Both the position numbers and the translations under genes were made by a program. Below are positions 1-7,961 of a stretch of DNA of 10,618 nucleotides, piece after piece; the first letter of the stretch is position 1, and each line of letters opens with the position of its first letter. The stretch spans positions 8,617 to 19,234 of the forward strand of contig JARRQT010000146.1 in the NCBI GenBank assembly GCA_037381445.1. Direction: 5' to 3'. Source of the DNA: Calditrichia bacterium (GTDB taxonomy: Bacteria > Calditrichota > Calditrichia > RBG-13-44-9). The notes under the pieces were generated by a model. The model was not told where the DNA came from, ran no database searches, and saw only the letters and a list, made by a program, of their open reading frames with translations.

Positions 1-181
1 CATTATTTGTCAATGCGGATTTATTGGTGCCTTCCAACCTTATCAGGACTTTTGATAGCATTTCTCCGGATTCAAAGCCCTGCACTTTTCCGGATAAAGA
101 TCCGGTATTGCTTTGAGACATGCCCCTGAAGGGGATAAAGAGACTCACATGGAAAATTAGCAGCAAGATTATGTGTTTCAT
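1..181 (-). CDS. 5' fragment of an exported protein with an N-terminal carboxypeptidase-regulatory-like (CarboxypepD_reg-like) domain, probably a TonB-dependent receptor; runs off the window edge
   Basis: Not in the ORF track. Manual translation from ATG at 181 is open to position 1: MKHIILLLIFHVSLFIPFRGMSQSNTGSLSGKVQGFESGEMLSKVLIRLEGTNKSALTNN. It has a signal peptide followed by the 'TGxLxGKV...GExL..V.I.LEGT....TN' pattern typical of the N-terminal extension of SusC/TonB-dependent receptors. Confidence 0.75.
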   Translation of the reverse strand, partial: MKHIILLLIFHVSLFIPFRGMSQSNTGSLSGKVQGFESGEMLSKVLIRLEGTNKSALTNN

Positions 182-1069
182 CTAATCAAAACCCGCGCTT
201 CAAACACCAAATCGACCTGATGACATATAAATATGGATGATAGTCAACGTTGCCATCCGGCAGCTCAAATTCATCAATTTCTCAAGCAGATAGGCAACAT
301 CTTCCACGGAAAAATCTCGCCCTGTTCAACTGTTTCTTTCCGACAGAGCATCTATGGCTGAGTAACTTACATACCATCGACTATTGGACATAAAACTTAC
401 AAGCAAGGCAACATCAGGCAATTTTAGTAATTGAGTATAAAACAAGACATTGCTCATTTTGATGCTTTTTAGAGTATTATAAAATCTTTATTCATTTTAA
501 CACACTATGCAAAATAAAATCAAGCATAATATTTATTTATCACAGATCTAAAAACCGCAAAATTTGTTTCGGGCCATTTTCATCTTTATCATGTAAAAAA
601 TATTCCACCCGTTTTTGGAAATTATCGGCCATTATTTGAAAAGTTCATGAAAAATTCATTTTGGAGAGGCAAATTCACGAAGAATCAATTTTTCATACTT
701 TCGATGACAGGAGCGAATAAGCCGGAACCTGCCCGGTGCATTGAGAACAAATTTCAAGTATTCTGGTTTGATCAGATAGCGATAATAAAACTGGCTTTAT
801 TATATAAACGAGGTGAATATATAGAAAATACAATACCATCAATTTAAATCCATTCTAATCAGAATCCATCTTCGCGGCTAATGTAACGGGTACGGACATC
901 AAATTATTTATAGGAACTCCGCCCGGCGAATGCGGCTCATGCGAACCGGATCCCGAAAAGAAGGTTCGCCCATATTGGTTAATCATGATTCTTAGCCGAT
1001 TCTTTTTTAGGTGCGCGCGAGAATCCATTTTTAAAAGTTTTTCCAAACATAAAATAACTGGAGGAAACA

Positions 1070-1444
1070 ATGCGCTGGTCCTTGCTAGCCCTTTTCTTTT
1101 TTTCAATTCCTGCCCTTTTGATGACCGATTGCTCTCCCAAGTCCCGCTTAACGCCTGAGGCAAAAGCCAAGTTGGATCCATCCCTGCAAAAACTGCTCAT
1201 GACCGGAAAAGGCGATCCGAATCATTATGGCATAAACACATTGCCAGATGGTTCCAGGGTTTATAGTGTCATCATTCGAACCAATGATCCCGAAGCCCTG
1301 CGCAAGGCGGGTATAAAAGTTGGCAGTGTATTCGGCGACGTGGTGACAGCCCGGTTAACTATCAAAGAGCTGCGCAAGGTTGCTGAAATGCCCGCCGTTC
1401 GGTCCATCGAAAACAGTACAAAAAATTATCCCTCCAACCAATAA
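1070..1444 (+). CDS. Exported 124-aa protein (possible lipoprotein); stand-alone paralog of the prodomain of the downstream S8 protease
   Basis: Strong RBS GGAGG 5 nt before ATG. The hydrophobic signal MRWSLLALFFFSIPALLMTD is followed by Cys (atypical lipobox). The mature part aligns by eye with roughly residues 29-128 of the 1460..4207 protein. Only 15 nt separate it from the next gene. Confidence 0.85.
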   Translation: MRWSLLALFFFSIPALLMTDCSPKSRLTPEAKAKLDPSLQKLLMTGKGDPNHYGINTLPDGSRVYSVIIRTNDPEALRKAGIKVGSVFGDVVTARLTIKELRKVAEMPAVRSIENSTKNYPSNQ

Positions 1445-1459
1445 CTCAAAGAGGTCAAA

Positions 1460-4207
1460 ATGTTAAGAAGATCGTTCTATTCCATATTTTTGTTTTTCAC
1501 AATATTCTGTCTCACCGGTCTGGCATCCGGACCGCTGAGCTCTGAGGCACTGCAGAAACTCCATCCCTATTTCCAAAAGGTCCTGGCCCATGCTTACAGC
1601 AGCCTGAATCTGAATCTGCCTCAGCCGGAAGCCTCAATATTGGCAAATTCCGCCGGACAGCCGCTCTATCCGGCAATCATCTATCTGCAGGACAGCCGTG
1701 AGGTCCGGGAACAGGGTGTTCATTTGAATTCGGTTTATGACAATTTTGTGACCGCCCAATTAACGCCGGCGCAGATGCTAAAATTAGTTCCGCTGAAATC
1801 AGTTCGCTATATCGATCGCGGCACCCGCAACCGGCCGGTACTGAATGTGAGCGTTCCGCAGACCGGCGCTTATCTGGTGCACAACGGCGCCATCAATGGT
1901 GTGGCGTATGAGGGGGAAAGTGCCATCGTCTTTGTTTATGATTCCGGCATAGACTGGAAACATCTGGCTTTCAGAGATCCCGGTGATACTACCAAAAGCC
2001 GCATTCTTGCTATCTGGGACCAGACTCTCACTCCTCAGGGTTCGGAGCATTCTCCCACCGGATTCAATTATGGTGTTGAATACACCCAGGCCGAGATCAA
2101 TAATGAGCTCGACGGCACGCCGGCCAATTTTGTCAGAACGGAAGACATAGAAGGCCACGGCACGCATGTCACGGGGATCGCGGCCGGGAATGCGGCATAT
2201 TCGGAACTGTATATCGGTGTCGCTCCCAAGGCGGATATCATTATGGTAAAGGGCGGTGACGCCAGCTTCAGCGAGGCCCAGGCGATTGACGGCCTGACCT
2301 ACGCCCAGAACAAATCAACTGAATTCGGCGAGCCGGTAGCGGTGAACTGGAGTTTTGGTTCCCAGGTGGGCCCCCATGACGGAACCCTGCCCTACGAAAT
2401 CGCTGCGAATCAGTTCAGCCAGCAGCCGGGAAGAGTTGTGTCCATTGCCGCGGGAAATGAAGGTGCCGATAATATTCATGTTTCGGGGAGCATTGCTTCA
2501 GGCAGCTCGGTGGTTTTCCAGATGGATGTGCCCGGCTACACCCCCAGCTCGTCCGCAAACAACGACGAGTTCCTTCTGGATATCTGGTATAACGGCACCG
2601 AAACCGTCACAGCAACTGTCAAATCACCCAACAATATCAGCCTTGAGATGGGGCCGGGCAACAGCGGAACGGGACCCAACAGCTCCGACGGAACCATCGA
2701 CCTTGCGAATGTCACCAGCACAATCAACGGTCAGAAGAATATATTTTTGGATGTGTATGATGCAAATGCCAGCACGCCGCCCGCTTCGGGAACATGGACA
2801 TTAACACTTTCCGGGGCATCGGGAACAATTGCATATGATGGCTGGCTGGGACTGAACACCGTTGGAAATGCCACCGTCACAGTAGCGGGCGGAAATAACA
2901 ACAAAACCGTGGGGATGCCCGCTACCGCCCAGCAACCGGTTGCGGTGGGCTCATATGTCACCAAGTGGTACTGGTCGCCGTACAGCGGGGGCGTCGTTAC
3001 ATATGATCCCAGCACCTATGGAATTGATGCCATTTCCAACTTCAGCAGCATTGGCCCTACCCGCGACAACCGGCAGAAACCGGATATCGCGGCACCCGGC
3101 CAGGGTATCGCCGCTCCCAAATCCAATTTAAGCTCTCCAAATCCGTCTTTTGTTCTCGCTGGACAGGAGTATGTCATCGAACAGGGCACCAGTATGGCTG
3201 CTCCTCATATTACCGGGACCGCAGCGCTATTTCTGGGCAATAATCCCTCCCTCACTTCAGCGGATTTCAAAACGGCAATTACGGGAAATACCGATACGGA
3301 CCTCTTCACCGGAACGGTTCCCAATTATGTGTGGGGATACGGAAAACTGGACGTTTTTAAATCCCTCTATAAGACCGTGACCGGAAGCCAGTCGCAAAGG
3401 ACCATTCTCGCTTATGAGAAAAATCTCTCCCAGAGCTTTAATCCGGCGCCTTCCCGCCTGCTGGCGCTGCGGTTCACGCCAACTTTCTCCGGCAGAGTCA
3501 CGGGGATGTTCCTCCGCCTAGGCCAAATTACCGGCAGCGGACCGTTGCACTGCGCCGTTTATACGAATACTTCCGGCAGTCTTGCCGGCATTCCCGGCAC
3601 AATGCTGGGAAAAACCGTGGATGTGCCATTCGAGAGATTCATTCTGGGCTCCTACAATTATATTGATTTGATGGGAGCGGAAGTGGACGTTATGGGAGGT
3701 ACGGATTACCAGCTTGTGGTTTCCTGGGACAATGCCTCTGACAATCTGATTTTCATGGGTGGCAATCAGTCCGTATCTGAACACCGCTCATCCATCAACA
3801 AAAGCGGGACCTGGTATAACCTGGGTGATCCGGCTTCGGGCACTACTGCCTTGGACCTGAGCCTGCGGATTGAGGTCACCGATGCAGCGGGTCTGAATGC
3901 AATCGCTTCTTCTGTTGTGCAAAAAGCGGAAACATTTGAACTGTTCCAGAATTTCCCCAATCCGTTTAATCCGGCAACAAAAATACGATACTGGGTTCCG
4001 GAGCACGGCAAGATAACGCTGACCGTTTTTGACATTCTGGGGAAAAAGGTCAAAACCCTGGTCAATCGAGAACAGCCGGCCGGAGAATACGAGGTTAACT
4101 GGGATGGTACCGACGAGCGGCAAAACAAAGCTTCCACAGGCGTTTATTTCTACCGGCTGGGAAACGGCCAGCAGATTGTTACCAGGAAGATGCTGCTGAT
4201 CCGATAA
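1460..4207 (+). CDS. Secreted S8 (subtilisin-like) serine peptidase, CspA/CspB-like with an inserted beta domain and a C-terminal FlgD-Ig/T9SS type A sorting-like domain
   Basis: RBS GAGG and a signal peptide. Catalytic motifs are DSGID (D161, nt 1940), HGTHVTGIAAG (H233, nt 2156), oxyanion AAGNEG and GTSMAAPH (S578, nt 3191); also FSSIGP, KPDIAAPG and WGYGKLD. The C-terminal tail reads 'FELFQNFPNPFNPATKIRY...GVYFYRL...TRKMLLIR'. Confidence 0.95.
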   Translation: MLRRSFYSIFLFFTIFCLTGLASGPLSSEALQKLHPYFQKVLAHAYSSLNLNLPQPEASILANSAGQPLYPAIIYLQDSREVREQGVHLNSVYDNFVTAQLTPAQMLKLVPLKSVRYIDRGTRNRPVLNVSVPQTGAYLVHNGAINGVAYEGESAIVFVYDSGIDWKHLAFRDPGDTTKSRILAIWDQTLTPQGSEHSPTGFNYGVEYTQAEINNELDGTPANFVRTEDIEGHGTHVTGIAAGNAAYSELYIGVAPKADIIMVKGGDASFSEAQAIDGLTYAQNKSTEFGEPVAVNWSFGSQVGPHDGTLPYEIAANQFSQQPGRVVSIAAGNEGADNIHVSGSIASGSSVVFQMDVPGYTPSSSANNDEFLLDIWYNGTETVTATVKSPNNISLEMGPGNSGTGPNSSDGTIDLANVTSTINGQKNIFLDVYDANASTPPASGTWTLTLSGASGTIAYDGWLGLNTVGNATVTVAGGNNNKTVGMPATAQQPVAVGSYVTKWYWSPYSGGVVTYDPSTYGIDAISNFSSIGPTRDNRQKPDIAAPGQGIAAPKSNLSSPNPSFVLAGQEYVIEQGTSMAAPHITGTAALFLGNNPSLTSADFKTAITGNTDTDLFTGTVPNYVWGYGKLDVFKSLYKTVTGSQSQRTILAYEKNLSQSFNPAPSRLLALRFTPTFSGRVTGMFLRLGQITGSGPLHCAVYTNTSGSLAGIPGTMLGKTVDVPFERFILGSYNYIDLMGAEVDVMGGTDYQLVVSWDNASDNLIFMGGNQSVSEHRSSINKSGTWYNLGDPASGTTALDLSLRIEVTDAAGLNAIASSVVQKAETFELFQNFPNPFNPATKIRYWVPEHGKITLTVFDILGKKVKTLVNREQPAGEYEVNWDGTDERQNKASTGVYFYRLGNGQQIVTRKMLLIR

Positions 4208-4413
4208 AACACGGATGGGAGATATTCGATAGCCTTATTCTCCGGCATCCGCGTTATATGCGGAAATAACGACAGATTATTTCAAATTGCGGGTTCGATT
4301 TTTGGAGAGCTGGGGAGGAGGAATAATTTTTTCCCCCCAGGCCGGCCGGACTGCAGATGCCCCATGGCTTCCGGCAAAAATGCTGCCGTATCTGAAGAAT
4401 GCCGGAATATTTC

Positions 4414-4442
4414 TTGATTATTTTTCTTCCGACAAATATATT
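4414..4442 (+). promoter_or_regulatory. Candidate sigma70-type promoter for the 4524 radical SAM gene
   Basis: TTGATT (4414-4419), an exact 17-nt spacer, then TATATT (4437-4442), about 80 nt upstream of the ATG at 4524. Confidence 0.5.
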
Positions 4443-4523
4443 ATTTCAAATCCGGGAAATCCCGGCAGCAAATATTCCCGAACGTTTATTTTTATAGCGT
4501 CTCTCTGGTAAAGGGGATGTCCA

Positions 4524-6038
4524 ATGGGATATAAAATTGTCCTGACCTGCGACCGCACCATGGCCAGCGCCTACCACGGACTCATGTTTCTGGGTTTCAG
4601 CGCCTGCATCCCCCAGCATATTCTTCCCGATTGGCTTTATTACGCCATTTTCTCTCCCAGCGCCCCTACCGATAAAACAGGCCGGATGCTGCATGCCAAT
4701 TACGGCATGCGAAAAATTGAGGCGGCGCTGCTGGCTGACGGCTTCCGGCGGGAAGACATCATTGTGGCGCACCCCGACCAGCTTGACAAGGTGGTTGACG
4801 GTAAGACGAAGATCATCTCCATCAGCTCCAATGATCCGCTTGGTATCGGCCCGGCGACTTCCACCTTCACCGAGCTTCTGGGAGGAGAAGGGCGAATGGC
4901 TTTCAAATTGCGCGAGCTGCTGAACCACCCGGCCATCCGCGCCCATCAGCCCACCATTTTCCTGGGAGGCCCCGGGGCGTGGCAGCTGGCGGTTAACCCC
5001 GGGAAGCAGCAGGAACTGGGAGTCCACTGCGTGGTGGTGGGTGAAGGAGAAGTCACCGCGCCCCGCCTTTTCCGGCAGACCCTGAACGGAGACGGCTCCC
5101 GGATAGACACGGTTGTTGAGGGCGAATTTGCTGAAGATGATAGAATCCCGGATATTGTCGGGGGAAGCATTGTGGGCATCATCGAAGCCACCCGGGGATG
5201 TGCCCGGCATTGCGCCTTCTGCGTTCCGTCCGTAAGAAAAGTCCGCTCGCGGCCGCTGGAAAATATTCTCCATGAAACGCGGGTCAATGTGGAGGCGGGC
5301 CACGGCGGCGTGATCCTGCACGGCGAGGATATCCTGCTTTACCAGTCCGATGGTCTGAAGGTAAACGCCGACGCGGTGATCGAGCTGTTCGATAAAGTTT
5401 ATAGTCATCCCGAGATCGCGTGGGTGGGCGCCAGCCATGCTTCGCTCTCCTCGGCGCTGAGTTCCCCGCACACCGTGGAACGGATTTCCCGTATCCTTGA
5501 ACTGGGCACGGCAAAACATCCCTGCGGCTATTTCCAGATCGGCATCGAGACCGGCAGCCCCAAACTGATCGCCCGGCACATGAGGGGAAAGGTCTATCCC
5601 TACAAACCGGAAAAATGGCCGAGAGTGGTCCGCGAGGGTTTCCGCCTCTTCCACGAAAACCACATTATTGGGTGTTCCACGCTAATTCTGGGCCTGCCGG
5701 GAGAGGAGGAAGAAGATGTCGTGAAGACCACAGAGCTGATCCGCTCCCTGCGCCCCTACCAGAGCGTCATCGTGCCGCTGCTCTTCACCCCCATGCAGAC
5801 CACGCGGCTGGAATATTCCAAACCGCTTTTGAAAAAGGATCTCACAGCGCGGCATTACGAACTCATTTCTGCCTGCTGGGACCATAACCTGGACTGGTTC
5901 CCCGAACTCTGGTCGGTTTACGGGCGTTACAGCAATTTTTTCCTCAAAAACGCCATTGCATTATTCCTGAAATACGGCACCATTCCCATCCGCCATATGA
6001 TTCACCGCAATGCCCGGAAACACGGGGCACAGATATAA
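4524..6038 (+). CDS. B12-binding-domain radical SAM protein resembling the archaeal Grs/Gms (GDGT ring synthase / GMGT synthase) family
   Basis: RBS AAGGGG. The CxxxCxxC motif is RGCARHCAFC (C226/C230/C233, nt 5199-5222); also GGPGAWQ, VVVGEGE, GIETGS and LILGLPGE. The motifs 'IVLTCDRT...YHG..FLGF', 'YGMRKIEAAL', 'SHASL', 'PYKPE.W' and 'LRPY.S.IVPL.F.PM' match my recollection of Grs-like proteins. The radical SAM call is certain; the subfamily is less so. Confidence 0.85.
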   Translation: MGYKIVLTCDRTMASAYHGLMFLGFSACIPQHILPDWLYYAIFSPSAPTDKTGRMLHANYGMRKIEAALLADGFRREDIIVAHPDQLDKVVDGKTKIISISSNDPLGIGPATSTFTELLGGEGRMAFKLRELLNHPAIRAHQPTIFLGGPGAWQLAVNPGKQQELGVHCVVVGEGEVTAPRLFRQTLNGDGSRIDTVVEGEFAEDDRIPDIVGGSIVGIIEATRGCARHCAFCVPSVRKVRSRPLENILHETRVNVEAGHGGVILHGEDILLYQSDGLKVNADAVIELFDKVYSHPEIAWVGASHASLSSALSSPHTVERISRILELGTAKHPCGYFQIGIETGSPKLIARHMRGKVYPYKPEKWPRVVREGFRLFHENHIIGCSTLILGLPGEEEEDVVKTTELIRSLRPYQSVIVPLLFTPMQTTRLEYSKPLLKKDLTARHYELISACWDHNLDWFPELWSVYGRYSNFFLKNAIALFLKYGTIPIRHMIHRNARKHGAQI

Positions 6039-6104
6039 AATGAATGAGCTTTATCATTTTTGAGAGAATGGCTATCGGATAAAAATATAAATTTGAGAAG
6101 TTTC

Positions 6105-6827
6105 CTATTCATCCTCTGATGTGGAAAAAATGTAGCCTACCGAGCGCACGCTTTTAATATAAACCGGCTGGGCAGGGTCCGGCTCGAAATATTTCCGCAG
6201 CCGCATGATAAAATTATCAATGGTGCGGGTTTCGATTTCGGAGCTGGTATTCCAGACATTTTCCAGCAGATCCTTGCGGGACACAATGGTATTCCTGTGA
6301 TCGATCAGATATTTGAGCACCATGGCCTCGTGGAATGTCAATTGGAATTGCCTGCGGTCCGCCACGCAGCTGAAATCCCGGAAATCAATTTCATTCCTGC
6401 CGAATTTAAAGACCGGATTCTGATCGGCGGTATCCTTATACCACGCTTTCCGTTTCAGCATGCCCGCGACCCGCAGCAGAAGCTCCTGCAGGTGGAACGG
6501 TTTGGTCAGATAATCATCCGCTCCCAGTTCCAGACCCCGGATGCGGTCCTTGACGCCCGCCCTGGCGGATAAAATGAGGATGGGAATCCGGGGGTATTCC
6601 CTGCGGGCGATTTTAGCAATTTCGAAACCGTCCAGGTACGGCACCATAATGTCGAGGATAATAAGATCGAATTCCGCCGATCTGATAAACTGGGCTGCTT
6701 CCTTCCCGTTCTTTGCCCATATGACTTCGTAGCCTTCTTCCGTAAGATTGAATTCCAGCCCCAATCCCAGCGTTTCCTCGTCCTCCACCAGCAGAATTCT
6801 GCTTTTATCAACAAAATCATTCCCCAT
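6105..6827 (-). CDS. OmpR/PhoB-family DNA-binding response regulator
   Basis: Receiver domain: ILLVEDE, LIILDIMVPYLDG (phospho-Asp), ILILSA and GADDYLTKPF. Winged helix: VSRKDLLENVW...TRTIDNFIMRLRKYFE...IKSVRSVGY. Start ATG 6827 is preferred (AGGA 8 nt upstream, overlaps the kinase stop); the ORF track extends it to 6851. Confidence 0.95.
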   Translation of the reverse strand: MGNDFVDKSRILLVEDEETLGLGLEFNLTEEGYEVIWAKNGKEAAQFIRSAEFDLIILDIMVPYLDGFEIAKIARREYPRIPILILSARAGVKDRIRGLELGADDYLTKPFHLQELLLRVAGMLKRKAWYKDTADQNPVFKFGRNEIDFRDFSCVADRRQFQLTFHEAMVLKYLIDHRNTIVSRKDLLENVWNTSSEIETRTIDNFIMRLRKYFEPDPAQPVYIKSVRSVGYIFSTSEDE

Positions 6828-7842
6828 GACCGGCATCCTGCTCTTTCTCATATTTTTGTGTTTTCTTTAAAAGCTGTTTCAGATAACGGTTCCCGGTCCT
6901 CCCAAAAATCGGGAACTGCAGGCGGAAAGTGGTCCCCAGATTTTTCCCCTTGCTGAAAACCGATATTTTGCCGTTGTGATGTTTCATAATCTCCCTCGCC
7001 ATATAAAGCCCCAGTCCGGTGCCCTTCACATTGGGCGAATCCGCCTGATAGACGCGGAAGAACTTGTTGAATAACCGCTTCTGATATTTGGCCGGAATCC
7101 CGATTCCACGGTCGGTTAACTCCACATAAAAGAACTTTTCATTGCACCTCATCCGCACCGCCAGTTCAAATTCGCCTTCCGTATATTTGATAGCGTTGTC
7201 AATCAGGTTGTCAAAAACCGTTTTCATATTCGCCCGGTCAAAGACGCACTCACAGGATCCGTTCCCCGAAATTTTTACCGAGCTTTCCAGCAGATTAAAT
7301 TTTTCCGCAGATTCTTTGATCAAATCCGTTACCATATCTCCGGCTTCATAAACCTGATAGCGAAGTGCGGCTTTCTGCTGCTCCAGCACATTCATATCCA
7401 GAATTGAATTGATCAGGTTTTTGAGGCGATAGGTATCTTTCAGCATCAGCCGGATAAATTCTTCCTGCTTTTCGGCGGATACCTTGCGCAGATTCAAAGT
7501 TTCCAGATATAACTGGATGGTCGCCAAGGGGGATTTAAGTTCATGGGTGAAATTCGCAATAAAATTGTCATAAAAACGGGTAACATTAATCTGCCGGTTT
7601 AAAAAAATGAAGATCAGGTACATCCCCCACAAAAGCAATACCAGCATGATCAATCCAATGATTAACGCCAGGAGGTTCGCCCCTTTTGTGATGATCTGGG
7701 GAGAGAGATTATCACCCACCTGTTTAAGAATGATGTAATTTGAGACATACCAGTATATCCATAATCCCAGCAATGACAGCCAGGCCAGCTGTGCCATGAT
7801 AAACACCAGGATGGGATGCAGGAAACCGATTCGTTTTTTCAT
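6817..7842 (-). CDS. Membrane-bound sensor histidine kinase (2 TM, HisKA + HATPase_c)
   Basis: Two hydrophobic helices separated by a loop of about 22 aa. H-box FTHELKSPL (H100), N-box NLIDNAIKY, G1 DRGIGI, F-box LFNKFFR and G2 GTGLGLY. It overlaps the response regulator start. Confidence 0.95.
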   Translation of the reverse strand: MKKRIGFLHPILVFIMAQLAWLSLLGLWIYWYVSNYIILKQVGDNLSPQIITKGANLLALIIGLIMLVLLLWGMYLIFIFLNRQINVTRFYDNFIANFTHELKSPLATIQLYLETLNLRKVSAEKQEEFIRLMLKDTYRLKNLINSILDMNVLEQQKAALRYQVYEAGDMVTDLIKESAEKFNLLESSVKISGNGSCECVFDRANMKTVFDNLIDNAIKYTEGEFELAVRMRCNEKFFYVELTDRGIGIPAKYQKRLFNKFFRVYQADSPNVKGTGLGLYMAREIMKHHNGKISVFSKGKNLGTTFRLQFPIFGRTGNRYLKQLLKKTQKYEKEQDAGHGE

Positions 7843-7856
7843 GAACAGCGCTCTGG

Positions 7857-7874
7857 TTTTACACTACTTTTACA
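7857..7874. promoter_or_regulatory. Candidate OmpR-family binding site: TTTTACA-N4-TTTTACA direct repeat with 11-bp period
   Basis: TTTTACA at 7857-7863 and 7868-7874 lies in the 119-bp divergent intergenic region between the kinase and the radical SAM gene. Tandem repeats with 10-11 bp spacing are the typical OmpR/PhoB operator architecture. Confidence 0.5.
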
Positions 7875-7961
7875 ATTCTAAGTCCATTTATTTTTTATAT
7901 TAATCTGTAACTGATAGCTCTAATTTAGAAGATTTTTTTCACGATTCACAGGAAAAACACC

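Noticed and set aside
647..847. 66-aa ORF in the long intergenic region
   Set aside because: No convincing RBS or domain signal in AT-rich sequence. It cannot be excluded but is unsupported.
940..969. GCGAACC...GGTTCGC inverted repeat as a riboswitch or terminator
   Set aside because: Only a 7-bp stem, no U-tract, and no match to riboswitch consensus elements I know.
855..1200. Minus-strand ORFs of 108 and 73 aa
   Set aside because: They overlap the well-supported 1070..1444 gene on the opposite strand and show no protein-like features.
4287..4511. 74-aa ORF between the protease and the radical SAM gene
   Set aside because: TTG start without an RBS, it overlaps the predicted promoter, and it has no recognisable content.
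4446..5663. 405-aa antisense ORF
   Set aside because: It lies almost entirely opposite the GC-rich radical SAM gene and has no recognisable motifs. Long stop-free antisense frames are expected in GC-rich coding sequence.
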